Shown piece after piece: positions 11,556 to 22,131 of a stretch of 64,000 bases of DNA. Origin of the DNA: Histomonas meleagridis 2922-C6/04-290x. Taxonomy: Eukaryota > Protista > Parabasalia. Numbering within the stretch: position 1 is the stretch's first letter; each line of letters starts with the position of its first letter. The notes beneath the pieces are model-generated. The model made no database searches. It was not told where the DNA came from and worked only from the letters and a program-made list of their open reading frames with translations. Both the position numbers and the translations under genes were made by a program. Location of the stretch: NCBI GenBank assembly GCA_020184695.1, contig JAANOX010000245.1, forward strand, positions 248,001 through 312,000, in the 5' to 3' direction.

Positions 11556-12383
11556 ATGGAAACAGAAGCACAAGAACAACTTCTTTCGATTGAAGAAGCC
11601 TTAAAGGCACGTCACAGTGTTAGAAATTATACTGGTGTTTGGTCTGAAGATAAGCAAAAAATTGTTCAACAAATTGTTGATGAAGTAAATCAAATTCAAG
11701 CACCTTATGGTACTGATGCTTCAGTTGGACTTCATGGTCCTGGTATTGGACGTCTTGGCTTTATTTCCAATGAAAGTGGTTGGCTTTTAATTAAAATACC
11801 AAAAGATAAAGTTAATACGCCAGATTACAACAAATATTTAATTGATGCTTCCTTTAGAGCACACATTGCCGTTATGAAGCTTACTCAACATAAAATTGGT
11901 ACAGTATGGATTGGAGGAACATTTAATGAAGGACTTGCTGAGCAATCAAATCCTGACTTCCAAATTCCAGTTGTTGTTGCCTATGGTATTGAAGCTGGAG
12001 AAAAGAGATATCGAGATTATTTTATTGGTTTTTTGTCCGGACCAAAGAGGAAACCATTTGATACCTTCTTTTATGATGTAAAAGCAGGTAAAATGATGAA
12101 AGAAGAAGAAGCAGGAAATCAACATGATTTCTTAATGTATCTTCGTCAATGTCCAACATCCATGAATAATCAACCGATGAGGTTAAATGTCAAAGAAAAT
12201 TATGAGTATGAATTATTTGATGCTTCAGGAAAATCCTATGTTGATATGGGAATTTATTTAGCATGTGCATATTTCTTTTCTGAAGGCAAAATCAAAATAT
12301 TTACAGAACCAAGTGATGCAACATTTTCAACTGGAGGAAAATATGTCTGCAAGTTTACATTAGAACCTTCAGTTTTTCATTAA
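11556..12383 (+). CDS. Nitroreductase-family protein (TM1586-like)
   Basis: N-terminal ALKARHSVRNY FMN-binding motif, mid LTQHKIGTVWIGGTF, and second half CPTSMNNQP...YVDMGI. The first ATG is at 11556. Confidence 0.8.
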   Translation: METEAQEQLLSIEEALKARHSVRNYTGVWSEDKQKIVQQIVDEVNQIQAPYGTDASVGLHGPGIGRLGFISNESGWLLIKIPKDKVNTPDYNKYLIDASFRAHIAVMKLTQHKIGTVWIGGTFNEGLAEQSNPDFQIPVVVAYGIEAGEKRYRDYFIGFLSGPKRKPFDTFFYDVKAGKMMKEEEAGNQHDFLMYLRQCPTSMNNQPMRLNVKENYEYELFDASGKSYVDMGIYLACAYFFSEGKIKIFTEPSDATFSTGGKYVCKFTLEPSVFH

Positions 12384-12658
12384 AAAATTCGAATTTCAAA
12401 ACGTTTTGTCCACAAAATGTTGTAACGAATAAAATAAATTGTTTCATTGAAAAACTTCTATCGTCAAACTGAAAGCACAATAAATCTTTCAATTTTGTAA
12501 GGTTGTTTTGAGGTCAAAAACTTTAAACCAAAAAAATCGAGCCCAAGTTTTTGATAATTTTACGGCGTAAAGTATACAAATATACCGGCTAAGTGCAAAA
12601 CGAACAAAAAACAGTTTTCACAATACCCGCGCTCGAGCGTCACTTTTATCAACCTCAA

Positions 12659-15600
12659 ATGTCTCAAGAAGATGAAAGGAAGCCTCTAATAGGACTTAAG
12701 GCTTCGTTAACATTTTTTGAAAGTTCCTCAACAGACGAAGATGTATTTGGAGACGATGATGCATCAGGAAGTCAAACATGTACATTATCACTTCGACCTT
12801 GTTTAATTGAAACTCCAAAAACATTATCACCAAAGCAAAGTAAACAAAATCCTAATGAAATTACATCATTTGACGAAGCTTTACCAAAAATAACTACTTT
12901 ATTATCAAATCTTCAAGATTATACTATACCAAAACCTTTTACTGGAGAGATGGATTTTGTTCCTGAACATGTAACATCTAAATCATTAGCAAGAAAACTA
13001 CTTTCATTTATTAAGAAAACTAAGCCAGACATTAATTTTCGAAGTGAAAATCCTAATATTATAGCACAAATAAATATAGTTCGTTATTCACAAGGTGATA
13101 AAATTGATTTAAAAGAATTTGTTAATGAAAATTTAGATTCAAGAGTATTATCATTAATTTATTTCATACTTTCAAAAACAGATAATCAAAACAGATCATT
13201 ATATTATTCCATTGAGAGTGCCACAGAGTTTATTAAATCTCCAGATGTAGCACCAATATCTACATTATTTCCAGATTTTAATTTCATTACAATTATCCAT
13301 AAAATTGCAGTAAATCTTATAGGTTTATTTCCACATAATCCTATATTAGAATCCGTCATCAATAAGTTATCTAAATATGATTCTAGTGCTCGAGATTTAT
13401 TTAATTTAATATCAGATTCAGATGATGACGATGATTTTGATTTTGATTCATCATCCTTTTTTGAATCCATTCAAGAAATGCAACAACGTCCACCGCCATT
13501 ATTATTCCAATTAATTGGCGAAAATATTACGAATCCATTAGAAATAGGTCAACAATCAGTTTCAACATTATTTACTGTAACAGTCACAGAGCCACCATAT
13601 ACTATTTCATATTTACTTAGTGATGGTTCATATCAGATGACACCAAATCAATTTTTAGATTGGATATCGCAATTATATGACACATCAAAGAACGATAAAG
13701 CGTCAAAACACCGATCGACCAAAATTGACAGAGGTCTGTTCAGAAACATCGTTCATAGTTTATCATTTATTCAAGGGACAGAAACTGATGAACCATCATC
13801 TAGTTCATTAGCAGAAGTAACATCTGAGACGTTAATTTCATTATTTCGATATTCTCAAGAAGCTAATCAAATCATCTCATTATTACCACAATCATTACCA
13901 AGTGAATTATTTCCGATATATTATCCATTATTTCAAATTGTTAATCTTACCACATTAAAGCCGTATAAGAAAGGTTTTTTATATCCACAAATCATTGAAA
14001 ATGAATTTGAAGCACATCATTCATTAAAGAATTCTGATTCAAATCGATTACAAAAATGTATTAATAAAATGCTTGAAAACATTAATATCAACAAAATCAA
14101 GACCAAAGAAATTATACCTTTAACAAAGAAACGGATTTTTTCATCTGATGAAAAATGGGACCAAAATATTATTGAAGCATTAACATTATCAGACATCTTA
14201 ATTATAAATTATGGTCGCTCCCCATTAACATATGAAGTGTTTAACACCCAAATAATCATAAAATTACCATTTAATATTCAAACGTTAAAAGAAACAATTT
14301 ATTATCTCTATACGAAACATATTTATCCACCATATATATTATTTCGATTATCATTTTCATTAGCGTTAAGTTTACTTGAATTTAATCCACGACTTTCATG
14401 TGGTTTTTTATTTGAAGGATTATATATCTTAAATCAATATATCCCTGAGATATGTCAAGGCGAATTTTGTCGAAGTTCATTTTTATTATTTGCGGAGACA
14501 TTAGAGAAGATTGATTGTTATTATTATTCATCATTATTATTTGATATTTATTTCATTAGTAATCCAGATGACATAAAATTTAGTAATTCGATCGCACAAA
14601 TATGTCAAAGACATCGTGACATGACACGCGCAGTATTTCATTATACGCAATCGATGAAATCATTTGTATATAATGATAAATATGATGAAGCATTATATAT
14701 TTCACATTTGATTACAAACATTTATGATGAATATTCATTGTTCTTAAGTTCAATTAGTTTATTATCATTTTTATTACAACGTTCATATAAAATACCAATT
14801 TCAAGAAAGATCGAAATGAATAATGATAATAAATTACAAAATAGAACTTTACCGGTAATTAAGAATGATATTAAAGTTTGTAATTTTGAACCTCAATCTT
14901 CATCGATTAATACAATGTTAACAGCAATTTATTTAGTCGATTTATTTATTAAGAAACATTACTTTAAATTAGCAAATTCTTTATTAAAGAACTTAAAGTT
15001 ATCGACAAATAATTTAACATTTATTAAAATCATTGAATATTCAATATCGAAACGTTATTATTATAAAAATAAAATTAATAAATTTTTCATGTCATTACCA
15101 TTAATCGAAATTAAACAAAGGAAAAATATAATAAATTCGAAAGTGTCAATGTTAACAGCTTCAAATTTTGATACTTCAATTGCTACAATTAAATTATTAA
15201 TTAATATCTTTAATTCATATGAAGCATTTCGACATTCGTTATATTTCTCGGAATATTTAATACAATGCATTTCCAAAATCCATTTAAAAGATATTGGGTA
15301 TGCATTGTTATATCGAAGTAAGTCATTAGAAATTGGATACAATCGAATTTACTCAATAACATTTCCATTTTCATGGCATATTAAAAGTATTCCATTTATG
15401 AATTTTATACCGAATTATAAGAACAAAATTATATTTAATACATCAAATGATTACATATCAGAACTTTTATCAACATTAAAAATTACAATTGATACATTTG
15501 ATAAAGTCGGATATTTACATAAAACTATTGAAGCGACATTAATGTATTTGAATGTGTTAATGCATTATTTCATTGATCCTTTATATTTAATTGATGAAAA

Positions 15601-17536
15601 AATAAATGTCGAAGATATCGAAATAAAAAATATAAATTTATCAGTGATTATAAATGGAATTGACTTCCAAAACATTGATAATTATCAAACTTTAACATTA
15701 ACAAAGAATAACTTTGAAGATCATCTTACTTCGATTATTAAAAACTTGGAAATTTTGGTGTCAAAGTTAATGATACCGATACAGATTATATTCATTCAAA
15801 TTCTATCGGCGAAGTTATATTTGTATCAAAACAAAATCGAAAATTTTAAAACAAAATTTGAATTCTCATTCAATAACCTACAGAAATATTTCATTTGTAC
15901 GAATTACTTCGTTTCGCGTAATCTATCGTTGAACATTCTAAAATTATTTCAAAAAATTTTAGAAAATATGTGTCAAACATTATTATTTTATAATGATAAT
16001 AAATTCATTAATTCTTATTTAATAATATTTGATTGGTTTAATGATATCCAAGTCATGATAAATAATAAAATTCGGGTCACTGAAAACGAGTCACAAACTA
16101 TGATTAATTCTTCTTTAGATGTATCAAATTATGCTTTAACGAATTTGTCATCATTAAAATTTCCAAATTTCTTTACGACGTTAACAAAAAGTGGACTGAA
16201 GCTATCGACAACCGAAAATGTCGAAGAAAATTCAATACTCACAAACCTTAAGAAAATTAAATCGAACGTACGATTATTTGAGACTCAAAAAATCAAAGAG
16301 GATGAAGTGTTAGATATTAATCGAGAGTTATGTAAATCGATTGAAAACATCGCAGAGAGTCGACGACAAAAGTCAGAAATTAAATTACCGAACAAGTTTA
16401 CATTTGAAGATATCATAAATTCAAATAAGCGAAATGAGAATTTAATATTAATATATCGAATCTTTGACTCATTATACATATATATACCTAATTTAGGGTA
16501 TAAGAAACGAATTATCTTGAAACCTAATTCGAACAAATACACATTTAACATCAAAGATAAAACATATAAAACGTCATCGAATATATTTCCAGGCCAATTC
16601 ATTGAAGTTATCTCATTATTAATCCAAAACAATAAGAAATCCAAAACGATAATTAATGAAAATCATAAAATTATCTTTGAAGCTATTGGTAATGTATTAT
16701 TTGATGATATTATTAATACGCACTTTAACCAATGGAAAATGATCAAAGATAACAATGAGAAAATCTTTGGCAAATCGAACAAAGGAAATTTAATCTCATT
16801 AAATATCGAAGAAAAGCCATTACTCTTCAACACGAGTATTGATATCATTGGTCTTCCATTCGAACTAATGTTTCCACGTCATTGTATCTTTCGCTGTTAC
16901 AAATATTCGAATTTATTATTACATACTGAACCACATAACAAAACACCGAAGTTAACAATCTTTAAAGTCAAAGGCGAAATTGAAGAATTAAAGCAAAGTT
17001 CAACGCAACGAAGTTATGATTCCATTAATACCTTCATTAAATCATTAGGTGGTTCAATGACGTCGATCATATTAAGTATCAAAAACAATCAACGAAAGTA
17101 TTGCGATATATTTCCATTATTTCTCACGAAGAAGAAACATGAAAACGCGTTTTACTTAAACAAATATTCGTTCTGTGACATAATCGATACACAAAATAAA
17201 GTGAAAATCAAAATGAAGAAAATGTCAATTTACTTGTTCACGTACGGAGATATGTGCGAAATGCCACAAATGATCGACGAGTTAATGCGATTGTGCCACG
17301 CGTCGTTGTTCTTGTTCGTGCCGTCGATGTACATGAAGACGGCGTTGAAGAAAATGAAGGAAATGTTCGAAAGAAATAAAGTAAGAGGAGAATACATAAG
17401 GAATAATAAGGAGAGGAAGGAAATAGAGATACATATGGAAATGTTTAAGTCGCCGGTTGTGTTCTATGGGCTCATTAAGGAAACACTCGTCAGAGAGCTA
17501 AATTGCCCAATTCCGTTCTTCGTAACGATGCATTAA
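12659..17536 (+). CDS. Large hypothetical protein (about 1625 aa)
   Basis: Uninterrupted 4.9 kb ORF with a helical/TPR-like middle. No family was recognised. The first ATG is at 12659. Confidence 0.8.
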   Translation: MSQEDERKPLIGLKASLTFFESSSTDEDVFGDDDASGSQTCTLSLRPCLIETPKTLSPKQSKQNPNEITSFDEALPKITTLLSNLQDYTIPKPFTGEMDFVPEHVTSKSLARKLLSFIKKTKPDINFRSENPNIIAQINIVRYSQGDKIDLKEFVNENLDSRVLSLIYFILSKTDNQNRSLYYSIESATEFIKSPDVAPISTLFPDFNFITIIHKIAVNLIGLFPHNPILESVINKLSKYDSSARDLFNLISDSDDDDDFDFDSSSFFESIQEMQQRPPPLLFQLIGENITNPLEIGQQSVSTLFTVTVTEPPYTISYLLSDGSYQMTPNQFLDWISQLYDTSKNDKASKHRSTKIDRGLFRNIVHSLSFIQGTETDEPSSSSLAEVTSETLISLFRYSQEANQIISLLPQSLPSELFPIYYPLFQIVNLTTLKPYKKGFLYPQIIENEFEAHHSLKNSDSNRLQKCINKMLENININKIKTKEIIPLTKKRIFSSDEKWDQNIIEALTLSDILIINYGRSPLTYEVFNTQIIIKLPFNIQTLKETIYYLYTKHIYPPYILFRLSFSLALSLLEFNPRLSCGFLFEGLYILNQYIPEICQGEFCRSSFLLFAETLEKIDCYYYSSLLFDIYFISNPDDIKFSNSIAQICQRHRDMTRAVFHYTQSMKSFVYNDKYDEALYISHLITNIYDEYSLFLSSISLLSFLLQRSYKIPISRKIEMNNDNKLQNRTLPVIKNDIKVCNFEPQSSSINTMLTAIYLVDLFIKKHYFKLANSLLKNLKLSTNNLTFIKIIEYSISKRYYYKNKINKFFMSLPLIEIKQRKNIINSKVSMLTASNFDTSIATIKLLINIFNSYEAFRHSLYFSEYLIQCISKIHLKDIGYALLYRSKSLEIGYNRIYSITFPFSWHIKSIPFMNFIPNYKNKIIFNTSNDYISELLSTLKITIDTFDKVGYLHKTIEATLMYLNVLMHYFIDPLYLIDEKINVEDIEIKNINLSVIINGIDFQNIDNYQTLTLTKNNFEDHLTSIIKNLEILVSKLMIPIQIIFIQILSAKLYLYQNKIENFKTKFEFSFNNLQKYFICTNYFVSRNLSLNILKLFQKILENMCQTLLFYNDNKFINSYLIIFDWFNDIQVMINNKIRVTENESQTMINSSLDVSNYALTNLSSLKFPNFFTTLTKSGLKLSTTENVEENSILTNLKKIKSNVRLFETQKIKEDEVLDINRELCKSIENIAESRRQKSEIKLPNKFTFEDIINSNKRNENLILIYRIFDSLYIYIPNLGYKKRIILKPNSNKYTFNIKDKTYKTSSNIFPGQFIEVISLLIQNNKKSKTIINENHKIIFEAIGNVLFDDIINTHFNQWKMIKDNNEKIFGKSNKGNLISLNIEEKPLLFNTSIDIIGLPFELMFPRHCIFRCYKYSNLLLHTEPHNKTPKLTIFKVKGEIEELKQSSTQRSYDSINTFIKSLGGSMTSIILSIKNNQRKYCDIFPLFLTKKKHENAFYLNKYSFCDIIDTQNKVKIKMKKMSIYLFTYGDMCEMPQMIDELMRLCHASLFLFVPSMYMKTALKKMKEMFERNKVRGEYIRNNKERKEIEIHMEMFKSPVVFYGLIKETLVRELNCPIPFFVTMH

Positions 17537-17609
17537 ATTTGTGTTTTATAGATAAAATATATGTAAAAACGAAATTTTAAAGAAGAAAAATGTATAAATG
17601 TAATGGAAT

Positions 17610-17819
17610 TTGTATTATGAAATAATAATTAAATATGAAATAGTGATTATGTATTATGAAATAGTGGTTATGTATTATGAAATAGTGATTATGTATTATG
17701 AAATAGTGATTATGTATTATGAAATAGTGGTTATGTATTATGAAATAGTGGTTATGTATTATGAAATAGTGATTATGTATTATGAAATAGTGATTATGTA
17801 TTATGAAATAGTGATTATG
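17610..17819. repeat. 21-nt minisatellite (ATGTATTATGAAATAGTG(A/G)TT), 8 full copies plus about 2 degenerate copies
   Basis: Full units start at 17649, 17670, ... 17796. The array is intergenic between two + strand genes. Confidence 0.95.
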
Positions 17820-18132
17820 CAAATATTGAAAATACTTGAGATAAGGCTAATAAGAGAAACTATTTTCACATCTAGAATTTATGTTTTATATTTTAAAAAT
17901 TAAATTTATATATATATAAGATATGATAAGAAACGAAAATATTAAAAATTCACTTGGTACTCTCTGCGTTAATTTACTATAAGAGCTCCTTCATATCAAA
18001 GAAATGAAAATATTAAATTTTTATCAGTTAGTTAGTTTTCAAAAGAAATTCATTCTACCGATAGAACGATACATTCAGAAATGCATTTGAAAAAGTTCTT
18101 AACGTAAACCAAAAGTGACTCGGGTGCACCCA

Positions 18133-19584
18133 ATGAACTGTAGCTACAAAGGAAACAAAAAAAGCAAAAAACAAAAATTCTCTGAGTTATTACAAAAAGG
18201 TGATGAATCTGAAAATTGTAATAACTTACTACTTGAAAAAATTTCAGACATATTCAATCAAGTCCAAATATCAATACAAAATCAAGATGAAGAAAGTTAT
18301 GTAAATTTATGTCATGACTTGCACAACTCTCTCAAATACCAAGACGAAAAAATATTTCAGTATATTATCAGAAATAACTTTCACGAAATTATCCTCTCAC
18401 AACTATTTGAAAATAAATCTATAAATGTGTTAATTGGCTCGGCTGAAGCACTAGCCAGCCTTCTATCATCTCCGTCTCCTATATTCACTCAATTATTACT
18501 TCAAAATCAAGCTTTTCTTCAATTAATGAATGAGATTCTTCCTGATCCAGAAATTGTTCCCAACTTGAAGTCAATGCTTTTGGTTATATTTGGTTTGATG
18601 ATATCTGATTTAACAAAATTAGGAATTAAATTTTCTAATGTTTTCCCTTCTGTTAGTATTGACTGTTTAGATGCTATCTATAACATTTATGGAGGTAAGT
18701 GCGCTCAATCTTTAGTATTTGCATGTCAATCTATATATAAAAATTTGGATTATGACCAAAAACACATAATTATTTTTTTCCTAATGGACATTTATTCACG
18801 ACCTGAATCATTTTATCTTGTTCCTTCTTACTTATTGAATTTACTTATTGACATTGTTGATAATTATTCAGATCATGCATATCAAATTTTAACAAAAAAC
18901 AAGTTTCTTTTTAACACTGTGTTTCAAAAGTATCTAACCATTACCCTTCAAGCAGAACCCGAAAGAGTCGACAAGAAAAACGAAAAAACATTAAAACTTT
19001 CAATGCGACTTATTAATAAATGCTACAAGAAGATACCTCGAATTCGTGAAGCAATTTGCATGAATTTACCTGTTGATAATCTTGTAAATATTTTGTTCAA
19101 TTCAAGACAAGAAAAAAACCAAATTTTGGCAATAAAATTGATAGAAATTAAAAATGACAGCATCCTCCCAGAAAAGTGGCTAATACACTACCTCGACGAT
19201 AAGAAAATTGTAATTGTTTTGATCCACGTTTTCCAAGAAGGTTCTTATCGGATCAAAGTTGCTTCATTAGGTATTTTGAAGACGATCCTTTCACACTTAG
19301 ATCCTACGCCAATTCCTCTTTTAGAAAATGATTTCATTTCATCTCTTTGTGATTTAATTGGTGATGATCAACCAAAATTGACAAAACATATCATCGAATT
19401 TCTTTCAATTGCAGCAAACAAAGTTGCGATAGAAATGGTTCCAGAGCTTATGGAACTGTTTAATGAAGATTATCTACATGATAAAATTGAAATGTATGCG
19501 CAATCGACTGAAAATGACGAAATTGCTAGCCTTGCAAATGAACTTCTCACAGATATACGAAGTTTGCAAGAATGTTTGGAATAA
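18133..19584 (+). CDS. Hypothetical ARM/HEAT-like helical repeat protein
   Basis: Ln-rich helical ORF of about 480 aa with C-terminal EGSYRIKVASLGIL...LCDLIGDD, typical of ARM-like trichomonad proteins. Confidence 0.65.
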   Translation: MNCSYKGNKKSKKQKFSELLQKGDESENCNNLLLEKISDIFNQVQISIQNQDEESYVNLCHDLHNSLKYQDEKIFQYIIRNNFHEIILSQLFENKSINVLIGSAEALASLLSSPSPIFTQLLLQNQAFLQLMNEILPDPEIVPNLKSMLLVIFGLMISDLTKLGIKFSNVFPSVSIDCLDAIYNIYGGKCAQSLVFACQSIYKNLDYDQKHIIIFFLMDIYSRPESFYLVPSYLLNLLIDIVDNYSDHAYQILTKNKFLFNTVFQKYLTITLQAEPERVDKKNEKTLKLSMRLINKCYKKIPRIREAICMNLPVDNLVNILFNSRQEKNQILAIKLIEIKNDSILPEKWLIHYLDDKKIVIVLIHVFQEGSYRIKVASLGILKTILSHLDPTPIPLLENDFISSLCDLIGDDQPKLTKHIIEFLSIAANKVAIEMVPELMELFNEDYLHDKIEMYAQSTENDEIASLANELLTDIRSLQECLE

Positions 19585-19772
19585 TGTATTTTTTGAACTT
19601 AATAAAATAAATCTATTCTAAAAGAAATTGTTTATCTATTTTTTATTTTATAAAATGTTATTCAAACAATTATTTCCCAATATCAAAACTTTAATAAATA
19701 ATTTAAATTATATAACCTGTTTCAAGAAAATGATAATGCTTTTTGAAATTACACAAAATTAAAATAGTTTTA

Positions 19773-20702
19773 TTAATCAGAAACATCATCATTTAATGTA
19801 TCTTTCTCATAGTGTAACCCATCAATCGCAGGCTTCAAAGGCACAAAAGGGATTAACCAAAACAAAATATATTTCCTCGGTCCGAATATTTCTTCCCAAT
19901 TATTCAAACAGCCTCTATTATAAAATCCCAATTTTCTATGTTTTATCTTATCTAGCGTGAGATCGTTTTTGGAGATTTGCATTACTTGTGATACAAGTTG
20001 ATTCAAAAACAAAAAGCAAAAGAAGCCAGAGGAGCCGAGATAAAAAATCTCTTCCAAAACTCTATAGCGATGAATTTTAAGAAGAGTCACAGAACAAACA
20101 GAAAGAAAAACTAAAAGAAGATAAACACCAAGATATAGTATGGAATTAAAGAAGTAACGGTGAGTATAAAGACCTATAAATTGGTCAATATAACAACAAT
20201 AATGATCACCACGAATAACAAAATATCCAACTCGTTGCGAAAAACAAACACGTGGATGTCTGGGAAGCGATCGGGCAAAGGAAATTTGTTCTTCATCAAG
20301 TGCTATACCACTTCGTAATTCATCAGTTGAAAATGAAACTTTGTTAGTAACTGGATAATAAAATGGTAAGTACCCAGGATTTGTGATAACTGTTTTAAAG
20401 AGACTAAAAAGACCTAAAATAAATGTGATTAAAACAGGATATAAATACCAATGATAATTTGGAGAAAAATAAATAAAAGCATGTTGATACCAGAGATAAT
20501 ACGAAAAAGTTAACAAAAAATAAAGTGGGAATGTTGGAAAAATGGTAAGAACAATATGTTTAAAACGTGGTATACGATCGTAATCTGCATGCCATATGTT
20601 TTTAGAAATACTCTTCCATTTTGTAAGGTGAGGAACACCTTTTTCTTGAAGATTATTTGCAAGAAATGGCTCTGTTTCTTGGTGGTCTGTTTGTTCCTCC
20701 AT
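19773..20702 (-). CDS. DHHC-family palmitoyltransferase (DHYC variant)
   Basis: Four TM segments, TNPGYLP, RGDHYCCYIDQFIG and the C-terminal FYNRGCLNNWEEIFG motif. The probable start is MEEQ at 20702. Confidence 0.85.
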   Translation of the reverse strand: MEEQTDHQETEPFLANNLQEKGVPHLTKWKSISKNIWHADYDRIPRFKHIVLTIFPTFPLYFLLTFSYYLWYQHAFIYFSPNYHWYLYPVLITFILGLFSLFKTVITNPGYLPFYYPVTNKVSFSTDELRSGIALDEEQISFARSLPRHPRVCFSQRVGYFVIRGDHYCCYIDQFIGLYTHRYFFNSILYLGVYLLLVFLSVCSVTLLKIHRYRVLEEIFYLGSSGFFCFLFLNQLVSQVMQISKNDLTLDKIKHRKLGFYNRGCLNNWEEIFGPRKYILFWLIPFVPLKPAIDGLHYEKDTLNDDVSD

Positions 20703-20879
20703 TTGGAAGAAACGATATATGTAAACGTATGAAAATCGCAAAGCTTCAAAATTAGAAAAACAGACATGATAGCTTACTGAATAATGATTAAGCCCATCAA
20801 GAATTGGAAATATTAAAAAGAAATATTTTCAATGCTAAAATTGATTTGTCAAGATATTAAAAATAAATACTTATTTATT

Positions 20880-21317
20880 TCAGTTGTCTTGGTTACTGCG
20901 ATTTTGATAATGATTTCCATTTTTGTTATATCCACCACGGCCTCTTCTTTGTTCATTATATCCACCACGACCTCTCATTTGATGACCACCGCCTCTCGCT
21001 TGATAACCACCACCGCGACCTCGATGCCCGTAATCAGAAGAACGTTCTTTGTCAGGTTTAGGTGTTCTTCTTCTTTCTTTAACATATTGGGTAACATCAT
21101 TTGGCATCAATAGATACTTTACGTTCTGACCTTTGATCATTGCCTTTGACAACGTGATTTCTTTTTGGTCAATTATTTGAAGTTTAGATACAGATGAAAG
21201 ATAAAGATTCATATGGTTATCACAATTTATGAGAACTCCTGTATAAAGATCCCCGTTCTTTGTTCCCACTTGGACGAGATTATTTAGAGAAGCCTTTAAG
21301 TAATCTATTGGAAACAT
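20880..21317 (-). CDS. LSM4: U6 snRNA-associated Sm-like protein LSm4
   Basis: Sm1 (TKNGDLYTGVLINCDNHMNLYL) and Sm2 (IKGQNVKYLLMP) motifs, followed by the RGG-rich tail typical of LSm4. Confidence 0.75.
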   Translation of the reverse strand: MFPIDYLKASLNNLVQVGTKNGDLYTGVLINCDNHMNLYLSSVSKLQIIDQKEITLSKAMIKGQNVKYLLMPNDVTQYVKERRRTPKPDKERSSDYGHRGRGGGYQARGGGHQMRGRGGYNEQRRGRGGYNKNGNHYQNRSNQDN

Positions 21318-21464
21318 TTAAATTTAAATTTGCGCCATTCGAACAAACATAGCCAAATCAAACGGTCGTGAAATACTTAACGGTCTCCTTTCAATTCAAA
21401 CTCAAAAAAAAACGTTAATTTAAAAAACATTCTTTCTGAATAAAACGCAAATATTTATTGCTAT

Positions 21465-22034
21465 TTATGCATTAAATTCGTTTGATGGGTACATTTCAAA
21501 TGGATATTTCCCATCAGAATTTTTTTGTGATTTTGTGGAACAATCTGTATTAGTTTCAAGCCAATTAACAAGATCTTTTCGGTTTTCATAACATGCCAAG
21601 TGGATCGGTAGATTTCCTTCATTATCCGTATAATCAAAAGGTGCATCATTTTCCTTTAACATTTGTAATAATTCAATTGAACATTTTGGATTGCATATAG
21701 CTCTATGAATTGGTGTTGATCCAACAATATCTTTTTTCCAACTTACTATTCCATTTTGAAGAAACAAATCAATGACTTGAGTGTGACATTTTGATACAGC
21801 ATAAAAAAATGCATTCCGTTTTTCCTTTGTTTCTAAATTAGCCTTTGCCCCAGCTTGAAGAAGAGCATCTGCAATTTGAGCAAAACCAGCTGAAGCAGCT
21901 GTGATCAAAGGAGTCCAACCATTTTCATCTGCTTGATTCACATCATCACCCATCGCAATTCGTTCATTTACTTCTTTGAGATCTCCTTTCATTACAGCCC
22001 AATGTAAAGGTGTTCTTTCGTCTGTTTCTCCCAT
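21465..22034 (-). CDS. Ankyrin-repeat protein, gankyrin/Nas6-like; uninterrupted
   Basis: TPLHWA, DENGWTPLITAA, DIVGSTPIHRA and DNEGNLPIHLA are all in one contiguous ORF with no 17-nt inserts. Confidence 0.8.
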   Translation of the reverse strand: MGETDERTPLHWAVMKGDLKEVNERIAMGDDVNQADENGWTPLITAASAGFAQIADALLQAGAKANLETKEKRNAFFYAVSKCHTQVIDLFLQNGIVSWKKDIVGSTPIHRAICNPKCSIELLQMLKENDAPFDYTDNEGNLPIHLACYENRKDLVNWLETNTDCSTKSQKNSDGKYPFEMYPSNEFNA

Positions 22035-22131
22035 TTTTAAAATATTAATTTAAAATTGGTCGGAGAAATGTGATGTGAAATTATGATGAAATGTGTAAAA
22101 AAAAAATTCATTTTTATCGATATAATGAAAG

